In this document: positions 1 to 8,233 of the stretch, in pieces
How the letters are laid out: each line of letters opens with the position of its first letter
Position numbering within the stretch: position 1 is the stretch's first letter
Source: Alphaproteobacteria bacterium
GTDB lineage: Bacteria; Bacteroidota; Bacteroidia; Bacteroidales; FEN-979
DNA: 24,000 nt
Direction: 5' to 3'
NCBI GenBank assembly: GCA_009928665.1
Contig: SACF01000039.1
Location: forward strand, 1 to 24,000
Translations under genes and position numbers: made by a program
The notes under the pieces: model-generated
Told to the model about the DNA's origin: nothing
The model's database searches: none
What the model saw: the letters and a program-made list of their open reading frames with translations, nothing else

Positions 1-69
1 GTGTACCTCAATTCGACGCTCTTCGACTTCGGGTTCACGGGCGGACTGATCTTCAGGATCGGACGGTAA
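1..69 (+). CDS. C-terminal end of a protein entering from the left edge, possibly an outer-membrane beta-barrel (…VYLNSTLFDFGFTGGLIFRIGR*)
   Basis: Frame 1 is open from base 1 to TAA at 67-69; alternating aromatic/hydrophobic terminal strand resembles a beta-barrel C-terminus. Confidence 0.45.
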   Translation: MYLNSTLFDFGFTGGLIFRIGR

Positions 70-205
70 ATGCCGGGATCCCGTCATCCGCCCGGCCGGA
101 TGACTTTTGCTTACCGAAACCGGTTTCCCGCCATGACAACAGCTGCATGAATTGCAGTACGGCCGGGAGCCCCGACGACATCACACGTTGTAAAACCGCT
201 CCAGC

Positions 206-1036
206 ATGGAACAGCTTTTCGCCATATCACGGTTCGGTTGTCAGGATGTAAGGGAACATTCCTCCAAATACAACGGGCTTCATGTTCACGACTACGAAGA
301 GCTGATGATCGGCCAGGGCGGCGAGATTGAACATGTTATCGACTTCCGGTCGAAACTCCTGCCTGCCCCCTTTGTCAGCTTCATCGCGCAGGGTAAATCC
401 CACCTGGTTAAACCCATGATCCGTGAAGGTTTGTGTGATATCTGGGTGATTAACTTCAAAAGCGAATTCATTCCCGAAACCATTTTTCAGCTTTACGCCT
501 ACTACCACGACCATGCCGACATGACCCTGGAACACGACCCCGCCTTCGCCCGGATGGGAACCCTCTGCCAGATGATGTTTGACGAAATGCAACAGCCCAT
601 CCCTGAACTCCCGGTGATCAAAAACCTGCTGAATACCCTCTTCGCCATGATCGAATCGGAACGGAGAAAACGGTTCCCCGGTGAAACCGTGGCCCGGACC
701 ACGCAAAACACCACCTTTAAAAACTTCCTGAAAATTTTAGAGGACAATTTCCGGCGGCCGGAAGGGGTCGACTTTTATGCCTCAAAACTTTTCATGACCT
801 CCCGCAATCTGAACCTGATTTGCCGCAATGTTTTTCAGAAGAGCGTTTCCGAAATTATCGAGACCCGCAAACTCATCGAAGCAAAGAACCTCCTGATGCA
901 AACCGGGAAAACCGTCGCCGAGATCGGGTTTGAGCTTGGCTATAACGAAAAAGCCTATTTTACCTCGGTCTTTAAAAAGAAGACGGGCCAGACGCCTACC
1001 GAGTTCCGGGAAGAGATGGCGAAACTCATTTCCTGA
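206..1036 (+). CDS. AraC family transcriptional regulator
   Basis: 276 aa; N-terminal cupin-like HVHDYEELMIGQGG and C-terminal double HTH with VAEIGFELGYNEKAYFTSVFKKKTGQTPTEFR. Confidence 0.93.
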   Translation: MEQLFAISRFGCQDVREHSSKYNGLHVHDYEELMIGQGGEIEHVIDFRSKLLPAPFVSFIAQGKSHLVKPMIREGLCDIWVINFKSEFIPETIFQLYAYYHDHADMTLEHDPAFARMGTLCQMMFDEMQQPIPELPVIKNLLNTLFAMIESERRKRFPGETVARTTQNTTFKNFLKILEDNFRRPEGVDFYASKLFMTSRNLNLICRNVFQKSVSEIIETRKLIEAKNLLMQTGKTVAEIGFELGYNEKAYFTSVFKKKTGQTPTEFREEMAKLIS

Positions 1037-1244
1037 TTTCACAACACATTTACCGGTTTCTGTTACCGGTCCGCGATCGGGCAGCAGTACTTTTGCCGTC
1101 GTAAAATCCTGTCCCCGGCCTGCATGCTTTGACACGATTCCGGTTCCGGGATACGCCATGCAGCGTTACGATGAGCGCGACAGGAGTGTACTACAGGAAC
1201 AACCGGATTTTAAATCCGGCAACCTGTTTTCAAATCCGAATCAC

Positions 1245-2078
1245 ATGAATGCGAACGTTAGCATCGATCATAACACCCACGCCGACCCCGGTGTCAGAAT
1301 GCCCGTTCTGTTTGTGGGGCACGGATCCCCGATGAACGCCCTTGAAGAGAATGAATTTGTTGAGGGATGGAAAAAAATCGCCGGAGTCATACCCCGACCC
1401 GCGGCCATTCTCTGTATTTCGGCCCACTGGGAAACCCGGGGCACCTTTGTCACCGCGATGAAGCAGCCCCGCACCCTGCACGATTTCGGAGGATTTCCGT
1501 GCGAATTGTTCAACGTTCAATACCCCGCCCCCGGCGCTCCGGAAATTGCCGCGGAAACCCGTGAAATGGTCGTGAAAACCAATATCGGAGCCGACGATCA
1601 CTGGGGACTCGACCACGGGTGCTGGAGCGTACTGTGCCGGATGTATCCCGCCGCCGACATCCCCGTGTTTCAGCTCAGCCTCGACTACACGCAGCCAGCC
1701 CGGTATCACTTTGAACTCGCGAAAGAACTTTCGGCGCTCCGGAAAAAAGGGGTGCTGATCCTCGGCAGCGGCAATATGGTCCACAACCTCCGGCTGATCG
1801 ACTGGAACCGGATGCAGGAACCGGGATTCGGCTACGACTGGGCCATCGAGGCCGGCGAAAAGATGAAAACGCTCATTCACGACGGCAATTTCGAAGCCCT
1901 GATCAACTATTCCTCATTGGGAAAAGCATTCGACCTGGCCATCCCCTCGCCCGAACATTTCCTGCCGCTGCTCTACACCCTGGCCCTGAAAGAACCGGAT
2001 GAGGACGTCAGTTTCTTTAACGACCGGCCGGTCATGGGCTCCATGACCATGACCTCAGCCCTGATCGGATCACCATAA
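1245..2078 (+). CDS. DODA-type extradiol aromatic ring-opening dioxygenase (LigB superfamily, YgiD-like)
   Basis: Within ORF 930-2078; in-frame ATG at 1245. Motifs LFVGHGSPMNALEENEF, ISAHWETRGT, LHDFGGFP, DHGCWSVLCRMYP, GSGNMVHNL. The upstream 930-1244 part overlaps the AraC gene and reads as non-genic. Confidence 0.9.
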   Translation: MNANVSIDHNTHADPGVRMPVLFVGHGSPMNALEENEFVEGWKKIAGVIPRPAAILCISAHWETRGTFVTAMKQPRTLHDFGGFPCELFNVQYPAPGAPEIAAETREMVVKTNIGADDHWGLDHGCWSVLCRMYPAADIPVFQLSLDYTQPARYHFELAKELSALRKKGVLILGSGNMVHNLRLIDWNRMQEPGFGYDWAIEAGEKMKTLIHDGNFEALINYSSLGKAFDLAIPSPEHFLPLLYTLALKEPDEDVSFFNDRPVMGSMTMTSALIGSP

Positions 2079-2092
2079 CGGCAGGTACCATC

Positions 2093-2902
2093 CTATTTGC
2101 CCGCCCGCGCCAGTTTCAGAATGCGAACAGCGCCCCGGATCACGATGCCGAATACCATCAGCCCGATTACCAGGTCGGGGATCTTCGAACCCGTCAGCCA
2201 GACCAGAACACCGGCGCCGATCACACCGGCATTCACGATCACATCATTCGAGGTAAAAATCATGCTTGCCTGCATGTGCGATTCCCGGCTCCTGCTTTTC
2301 TGCAGCAACAACAAACAAAGTACATTCCCTGCAAGAGCAAGCGCCGAAATGAGGATCATGGTCTGAAAGGAGGGTACCGGCCCGGCGCTGATAAACCGGC
2401 GTATCACCTCCATAAAACCTGCAACCGCAAGGGTCATCTGAAAATAGCCGCTGATCCGGGCCACGCTGTTTTTCCGGGCCAGCGTGCCTCCCACAGCATG
2501 CAGGGCAAGCCCGTAAACAAGGGCGTCGGCAAGCATATCCAGACTGTCGGCAACCAGTCCCATCGAATGGGCCAGCAAACCGGTCAATACCTCAAGCACG
2601 AAAAAGAAGAGGTTGATTGCAAGCACCTGCCACAACAGCCTGCGCTGCAGCCCGGAACCCTCCTCCGTGTCAAACCCATCAGCCTGAACGCTCCCTTCAA
2701 AACGGGTGTCGAAATCCAGGCTGTTAAGGCGTTCCAGGATCACCGCGTGGTCGCCCGCGTGATAAACGGTCAGCGTCCTGCGGGGAATATCAAATTCGAG
2801 GGATTGAATGGCGGTCAGATCCTGCAGCTTCATGCGGATTATCTGCTCTTCCGAAGGACAATCCATCTTATGAATAAAAAATTTCGATTTTTTCATGGTC
2901 AT
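2093..2902 (-). CDS. Cation diffusion facilitator family transporter with N-terminal HMA-like domain
   Basis: 269 aa; N-terminal FFIHKMDCPSEEQIIRMKL resembles an HMA fold with a single Cys; TM segments with GLVADSLDMLADALVYG as in CDF TM2. Confidence 0.8.
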   Translation of the reverse strand: MTMKKSKFFIHKMDCPSEEQIIRMKLQDLTAIQSLEFDIPRRTLTVYHAGDHAVILERLNSLDFDTRFEGSVQADGFDTEEGSGLQRRLLWQVLAINLFFFVLEVLTGLLAHSMGLVADSLDMLADALVYGLALHAVGGTLARKNSVARISGYFQMTLAVAGFMEVIRRFISAGPVPSFQTMILISALALAGNVLCLLLLQKSRSRESHMQASMIFTSNDVIVNAGVIGAGVLVWLTGSKIPDLVIGLMVFGIVIRGAVRILKLARAGK

Positions 2903-2909
2903 TGAAAAA

Positions 2910-2931
2910 TCTATCGTATATTTGCGATAAA
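2910..2931. promoter_or_regulatory. Putative -7 box (TATATTTG, 2917-2924) inside an imperfect palindrome TCTATCG-N8-CGATAAA; candidate ArsR operator/promoter
   Basis: TATCG at 2912-2916 and CGATA at 2925-2929 flank a TAnnTTTG-type Bacteroidota -7 element, 9-15 nt before the arsR-like ATG and just upstream of the divergent transporter. Confidence 0.5.
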
Positions 2932-2939
2932 CAATTAAT

Positions 2940-3272
2940 ATGGCCTACAAAAGTACAAATTATAACGAGGATGAGGTGCGGCTTGCCCGGTTTGCAAAGG
3001 CTATGGGGCATCCTGCGCGGATTGCCATCCTGAAATTGCTCACCTCGATGGATACCTGTTTCTGCGGTGATATCGTGGAGGAGCTGCCCATTGCCCAGGC
3101 TACGGTATCGCAGCACCTGAAAGAACTTAAAGATTCCGGGTTGATCCACGGGTCGGTTGAACCGCCTAAAATCAGGTACTGTATCGATCCCGAAAACTGG
3201 CAAAGGGCACGGGAGCTGTTCCACGACTTCTGGGAGTATCCCGGTTTTTCACCATCAATAGATAAAAAATGA
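2940..3272 (+). CDS. ArsR/SmtB family winged-helix regulator
   Basis: 110 aa; [59 protein letters not shown]…IRYCID; Cys40, Cys42 and Cys81 are candidate metal/metalloid ligands. Confidence 0.92.
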   Translation: MAYKSTNYNEDEVRLARFAKAMGHPARIAILKLLTSMDTCFCGDIVEELPIAQATVSQHLKELKDSGLIHGSVEPPKIRYCIDPENWQRARELFHDFWEYPGFSPSIDKK

Positions 3273-3329
3273 TACGGCCTATAGTCCCTGGTTCGCTGCC
3301 CTAAACGAAAAACACGTAACCGCTTAAAA

Positions 3330-4370
3330 ATGACCAATTCTGACTACATTACCGGAACCTACACCTTGGGCGACCTGGAAATCCCGCGGGTTGATACCCG
3401 TTGGAGCGCAACCGACCTTTGGGGAACTTTGAAGGTTCGCTGGTCGTTCGGCCGGATGGATTACAAAGTGAAACCGGGTCTCTATGCCGTGGGATCACCC
3501 GACCGCCAATCGCTGGTCTTTGTATCGGCCAACTACAAACTGAGTTTCGATCACCTGCGCCGGGCGCTGGAGGGCATGAACGCCTGGATTCTCGTCATCA
3601 ATACCCGGGGGATCAACGTGTGGTGCGCGGCAGGCAAAGGGATCTTCAGCACCAAAGAAGTCGTCCGCCGGATCCGGATTGACCACCTCGACCAGGTCGT
3701 CGATCACCGCAGGCTGATCCTGCCGCAGTTGAGCGCAACCGGCGTTGCTGCCCACCAGGTTCAAAAGATGACCGGCTTTTCAGTCATATTCGGTCCGGTC
3801 AAAGCCGCCGATATCAAAGCATTCGTCGAATCCGGCCTGAAAGCAACGGAACCGATGCGAACGGTGACCTTTCCGCTGAAGGAGCGGCTGAAGGTGATCC
3901 CCGTCGACATTTTTTACGGAACCCATTATCTGATCCTTATCCCGGCGCTTTTCTTCTTCCTTTCCGGATTATCCTCCGGTGGATATTCCTTCGACCGGAC
4001 GCTTCAGCACGGATGGAATCCTGTGGTCAACCTCTTCGCCGGCTACCTGACCGGCTGTGTCGTGACCCCGGCCCTGCTGCCATGGATACCCTTCCGCAGG
4101 TTTTCGTTAAAAGGTCTCCTGATGGGATTTCTTACAGCCACACTGCTTCTCATTACCGGATCCTTCGGAACAAACCCGCTGGAGATCCTTGCCTGGTTTC
4201 TGATGACCGCCGGCCTCTCTTCGTTCATGGCGATGAATTTTACCGGATCGTCGACCTTTACCTCTATTTCGGGTGTTCAGAAGGAGATGAAAGTGGCGCT
4301 TCCCGTTCAGATCGCCCTGGTCGCAGTGGGACTGGCCCTTTGGATTGCCTCACTTTTTATAACTTTGTAA
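3330..4370 (+). CDS. hgcA: HgcA-like corrinoid protein (mercury methylation)
   Basis: 346 aa; cap-helix motif NVWCAAGKG at aa 96-104 (nt 3615-3641), soluble corrinoid-binding domain followed by a multi-TM C-terminal region; directly followed by the hgcB-like gene. Confidence 0.93.
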   Translation: MTNSDYITGTYTLGDLEIPRVDTRWSATDLWGTLKVRWSFGRMDYKVKPGLYAVGSPDRQSLVFVSANYKLSFDHLRRALEGMNAWILVINTRGINVWCAAGKGIFSTKEVVRRIRIDHLDQVVDHRRLILPQLSATGVAAHQVQKMTGFSVIFGPVKAADIKAFVESGLKATEPMRTVTFPLKERLKVIPVDIFYGTHYLILIPALFFFLSGLSSGGYSFDRTLQHGWNPVVNLFAGYLTGCVVTPALLPWIPFRRFSLKGLLMGFLTATLLLITGSFGTNPLEILAWFLMTAGLSSFMAMNFTGSSTFTSISGVQKEMKVALPVQIALVAVGLALWIASLFITL

Positions 4371-4371
4371 C

Positions 4372-4668
4372 ATGAATGGATTTGTTTATCTCCCCGATGT
4401 AGTGACCCTGGAGCTGGATGCCGCAAAATGCAACGGTTGCCGGATGTGTACCCGGGTCTGCCCGCACGCCGTTTTCGAAATCAGAGACCGCAAGGCTTTC
4501 ATCCGGAACCGTGATCACTGCATGGAATGCGGAGCCTGCGCGCTGAACTGTGTCACGGGCGCCATCACCGTCAGGTCGGGCGTGGGTTGTGCAGCCGGAA
4601 TCCTCAACGGGTTGATCCGGGGCACCGAACCCACCTGTGACTGCAGCAGCAGCGGGAGTTGTTGCTGA
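4372..4668 (+). CDS. hgcB: HgcB-like 2x[4Fe-4S] ferredoxin (mercury methylation)
   Basis: 98 aa; CNGCRMCTRVCP and CMECGACALNC cluster motifs, isolated Cys73 (VGCAAG, nt 4588-4590), C-terminal TEPTCDCSSSGSCC; starts 1 nt after the hgcA stop. Confidence 0.93.
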   Translation: MNGFVYLPDVVTLELDAAKCNGCRMCTRVCPHAVFEIRDRKAFIRNRDHCMECGACALNCVTGAITVRSGVGCAAGILNGLIRGTEPTCDCSSSGSCC

Positions 4669-4694
4669 ATCCTTTGTTAACCTTTAACTTCAGA

Positions 4695-5288
4695 ATGATC
4701 ATGAAAAATTCCATTGGTCCGAAACCCCTCTTGTTAACCAATCCCGTGCTGATCGTCGGTTCCTATGATCCGTCGGGAAAGCCGAACGCGATGAATGCCG
4801 CCTGGGGCGGAATTGCCAACTCCAATCCCCCTTGTGTCTCGGTTTCGCTGAGAAAAGCTACTTACACCCACGGCAATATTATGAATCGCAAGGCTTTCAC
4901 CATCAGCATCCCTTCTGAAAAATATGTCAAAGAGGCCGATTATTTCGGGATGAAATCAGGAAAGGATACGGATAAATTTGAGAGCGCCCGGCTCACGCCC
5001 GTCCGAAGCGAAAAGGTGGATGCCCCATACGTCGGAGAATTTCCGGTGGTTCTTGAGTGTACCCTCTTACATTACCTGGAACTCGGGTCGCATACCCATT
5101 TTATCGGTGAAATTGTGGATATCAAAGTCGACGAAGAATGCATCAACGAAGCCGGGTTGCCCGATATCACAAAAGTGTTACCGTTTTGTTTCGACCTTTC
5201 GAGCCGTTCTTACTATGGTATCGGGAAGAAGCTGGATAAAGCCTTTGACCCTTCCGTCCTGCAGACTTTCGCAACAGGAGCCCGCTAA
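4695..5288 (+). CDS. Flavin reductase family protein (flavoredoxin-like, FMN-binding split barrel)
   Basis: NPVLIVGSYDPSGKPNAMNAAWGGIANSNPPCVSVSLRKATYTHGNI…KAFTISIPSEKYVKEADYFGMKSGKDTDKF. ATG at 4695 or 4701, about 26-32 nt after hgcB. Confidence 0.9.
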   Translation: MIMKNSIGPKPLLLTNPVLIVGSYDPSGKPNAMNAAWGGIANSNPPCVSVSLRKATYTHGNIMNRKAFTISIPSEKYVKEADYFGMKSGKDTDKFESARLTPVRSEKVDAPYVGEFPVVLECTLLHYLELGSHTHFIGEIVDIKVDEECINEAGLPDITKVLPFCFDLSSRSYYGIGKKLDKAFDPSVLQTFATGAR

Positions 5289-5304
5289 GCCTACTGCGCG
5301 GGGA

Positions 5305-6786
5305 TCAGGATTTAAATTCCTGTTTTTTCTTCCTGCAGATCAGTTGCACTGCCCATTTGCCGGTCTGCGCCGAGGGGGGAAGTCCTCCGCCCGGCACCAG
5401 CCACTGTCCGGCCATGTAGAAATTCCGCAGGCCGGGAAGCTGCATTTTCAACGATTTCATCATGTTTTCCCGCGTGGGCATAAACCCTTCATAAGCCCCG
5501 TTCCGGACCCCGGTGAAACGTACATCCGTTTTCGGCGTTGCCACATCGGTGGCCTCGATAAATCCACTAATCCCCGGGTAGATGGTCTCGAGACAGGCCG
5601 TTGCATCCTTCAGGATCTGCTCTTTTTCAGCCCGGTAGGCATCGCCTTCCAGATCTTTCCACAAATCCCATTGAGTTTCAAATCGCATGACCATCGTGGT
5701 TTTTCCTTCCGGGGCCATGGTGCTGTCGTACGAATAGTTCATCAGCGAATAGCCGAATTCGAGCCGCGTGCTCCCGATCGACATCCCCTTCGTGAAGTTC
5801 AGGACAATCGGCGCTTCCGATAAAACTTCGCGCCCGATGCCAAACGAGACCTGGACAAGCGGTGGAAAGAGTTCCCAGTTTTTATGGGCATGGTCGAAGG
5901 CCTTGGTCACGTATTTCCCGCCGAGCATGCTGTAGATCGTCGAATAGCCGTCGGCCGCGCTGATCACGTAATCAGCCGCGATTGAGGTCCCGTCGGCCAG
6001 AACCACACCCCGGACCATACCGTTTTCCACGGTAATTTTTTCGACCCGCTTCCGGTATGAGATTGCGCCTCCCAGCGAGGTGAACCGTTCCACCATCCGC
6101 TGTGCCAGGGGATACGAGCCTCCTTTGATGTATCCTGCATTTTTCTGGTTGAACCAGGCCAGCATGAAAATAAAGGCCATCGCCGAAAAATTTCGCTCCC
6201 CGTACATCGTGTAGAGGGCTGACCGGATCCTGGGACTTTTGAAATGCAGCCGGTCGAAATACTCCCGGCAGGTCAGCCTTCCGTATTTTCTCACGACCTG
6301 GAAGAGGGGGAAGAATTTGGGCATAATGCGGATGTAATCGAGCGGGCTCCGCAACTCCGGCGGCAGGGCAAAAGGTTCGAGAAAGGCGCTCTTTCGCATG
6401 GTTTTGCACATCCTGCGGATCGGGACCTCATCTTCGGGGGCGATCCCGAGAAGATACCGCTCCCACCGGTCGATATCGGCATAGATGATAAAGGTATTCC
6501 CCTCCCCGTCGATGATCTGCGAATGAATCTCATGGTCAATGATCTCGGTCCGGTCGTTCAGCACGTTGGTCTCTTTCCAGATGTCGTGAAAGGCCCCTTT
6601 GGAAGTGCCAACCAGCCAGTGCAGGCAATAATCAAAACGGAACCGGTTGCGCTCCCAGGCAGTACACTGTCCGCCTGCCACCGAATGCATCTCGAGGATT
6701 TCTGTATCAAACCCGTTTTTCGCGGCATAGATTCCGGCAGATAAGCCTGCCACGCCACCGCCGATAATCACAACTTTTTCTTTCAT
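5305..6786 (-). CDS. NAD(P)/FAD-dependent oxidoreductase, phytoene desaturase (CrtI)-like
   Basis: 493 aa; N-terminal VVIIGGGVAGLSAGIYAAKNGFDTEILEMHSVAGGQCTAW, C-terminal NFYMAGQWLVPGGGLPPSAQTGKWAVQLI. Confidence 0.88.
   Translation of the reverse strand: MKEKVVIIGGGVAGLSAGIYAAKNGFDTEILEMHSVAGGQCTAWERNRFRFDYCLHWLVGTSKGAFHDIWKETNVLNDRTEIIDHEIHSQIIDGEGNTFIIYADIDRWERYLLGIAPEDEVPIRRMCKTMRKSAFLEPFALPPELRSPLDYIRIMPKFFPLFQVVRKYGRLTCREYFDRLHFKSPRIRSALYTMYGERNFSAMAFIFMLAWFNQKNAGYIKGGSYPLAQRMVERFTSLGGAISYRKRVEKITVENGMVRGVVLADGTSIAADYVISAADGYSTIYSMLGGKYVTKAFDHAHKNWELFPPLVQVSFGIGREVLSEAPIVLNFTKGMSIGSTRLEFGYSLMNYSYDSTMAPEGKTTMVMRFETQWDLWKDLEGDAYRAEKEQILKDATACLETIYPGISGFIEATDVATPKTDVRFTGVRNGAYEGFMPTRENMMKSLKMQLPGLRNFYMAGQWLVPGGGLPPSAQTGKWAVQLICRKKKQEFKS
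5306..5328 (+). terminator. Possible intrinsic terminator for the + strand operon
   Basis: CAGGA-TTTAAAT-TCCTG hairpin (5306-5322) followed by TTTTTT (5323-5328), starting 17 nt after the flavin reductase stop. Confidence 0.45.
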
Positions 6787-7173
6787 ATGCTTAGAGTCGA
6801 TGTAAATTTAACTTTTCAGGAGAAAAACCTTCTATTTACGATTGAACATGATTTACAATTTACGAATGAATCCAGATCAAAAGTAGGAATCAATAATATA
6901 CCCGGCAACCGCGACCCGGGTGAAAAGGAATAAATTTCCGATGAAAACGGAAATTTAGCTGTTCAGGTTCGGACCGGGCGCCTGCATGATCCGTATTCAT
7001 GCCTGAACCCTCTTGTTCATTTTATCCACGCCCTTTGCCGGTATCATCAGTACGGGTTGACGCATTTCGAAAAATTGTATATTTATCCCCGGAAATCAAC
7101 GAGTAACCGGCGCATGCCGCCTTCAATTTCAATCTCTGTCTGAACAACAATCCCTGTTAATCAGAATTGACTC

Positions 7174-7560
7174 ATGAACATTCCCTTCACCCCCTCGCAG
7201 TTTTTCGGAATCATCGAAAACTACAATGAAGCCGTATTCCCCACCCAGATCCTCCAGGTGCTGACCTATTTCATCGAAAGTACCCGTCATACAACCATTG
7301 TCATGGGCCTCCCCTGCCCCACTACCATCCTGACCTTCGGCCTGCTGCTCATCGCCGGGAAAACCCTTCCGACATACCTGCTGATTATTCCGTTCCTCTG
7401 GGCGCTGGTCGGGACCACTGCTACTTTCAAATTCGGGGTCATCCCCGATTACATGCTGATCCTTGCAGCCGTCATCACGGTGATCCTCCGCTTCATCAAA
7501 AAAAGGCAGAAGGAGGCCGGTGTCGGCGAGCAAACCATCGATTATAAATCCTCAACATGA
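7174..7560 (+). CDS. DUF6064-like membrane protein, apparently short
   Basis: 128 aa; MPFTxxQFxxxxExYNExVxPxQ-like start and GLPCPTTILTFGLLL motif; hydrophobic. Confidence 0.65.
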   Translation: MNIPFTPSQFFGIIENYNEAVFPTQILQVLTYFIESTRHTTIVMGLPCPTTILTFGLLLIAGKTLPTYLLIIPFLWALVGTTATFKFGVIPDYMLILAAVITVILRFIKKRQKEAGVGEQTIDYKSST

Positions 7561-8192
7561 AACTCCCGAAACACTTCGCCATCTATTTCAGGGCCTTTTA
7601 CAAGCCTTCTGAGGCTTTTGAGGCCCTCCTTGCCGGAAATTATTTCCGCGCAGGCTTTTTGTTCATGATGATCCCCCTTGCACTGTATACCCTGATGTAC
7701 TTCATGCTCTGGGCAGGAAACGGGGCGCCTTCAACGTTTGCTCCCTGGCTGAACATTCCCAGGGAACAATACTACTACTGGAATCGGTTTCTCGTCGCCC
7801 CGAGCATGATGTTCGCCTGGTTTGCCGCTGCCTCTTTCATGCAGGTCATTGCCCGCACCCTGAAAGGCTCCGGCTCCTTCGAAGCCACCCTTGGGCTGAC
7901 CGGCCTGTCGATCTCTGTGGCCATGTGGAGTACGCTGCTGCACGACCTGCTGATGAGTTTTTTCAGCATGACCGGGGTCATAGATGCCCGGCTGCATGAA
8001 ATAGCCATGAACAGCCCTACTATCTGGCGAAACATTCTCTGGGCCTGTTTTGCCCTGTACCTGTTTGCCTTTCCGGCGTTGTTTTACCGGACGGTGCGGG
8101 CGGTGCACCAGCTAAGTAAAGCACGGAGTTTTTTTATCGCCCTTGCATCTTTTCTGATTTTCCAGTTGATCTTCCTGGTATTTAACCGGTGA
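7557..8192 (+). CDS. YIP1-like integral membrane protein
   Basis: 211 aa with about five hydrophobic segments; 4-nt overlap with the upstream gene. Confidence 0.55.
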   Translation: MKLPKHFAIYFRAFYKPSEAFEALLAGNYFRAGFLFMMIPLALYTLMYFMLWAGNGAPSTFAPWLNIPREQYYYWNRFLVAPSMMFAWFAAASFMQVIARTLKGSGSFEATLGLTGLSISVAMWSTLLHDLLMSFFSMTGVIDARLHEIAMNSPTIWRNILWACFALYLFAFPALFYRTVRAVHQLSKARSFFIALASFLIFQLIFLVFNR

Positions 8193-8233
8193 ATGCCCTT
8201 GAAAACCTCCCGATTTCTCCATTCCATCCACTG

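Noticed and set aside
930-1244. N-terminal 105 codons of the 382-aa ORF (MSLAITKKPILPRSLKRRR…)
   Set aside because: Overlaps the 3' end of the AraC gene out of frame and is low-complexity Arg/Pro rich; the dioxygenase homology begins after ATG 1245.
2093-5288. Interpretation as a mer mercury-resistance operon
   Set aside because: No mercuric reductase, organomercurial lyase, MerT/MerP or MerR-type gene is present; the HgcA/HgcB motifs fit methylation rather than reduction.
4978-5823. 281-aa + strand ORF overlapping the flavin reductase and FAD oxidoreductase
   Set aside because: Shadow frame across two well-supported genes; no family-like composition.
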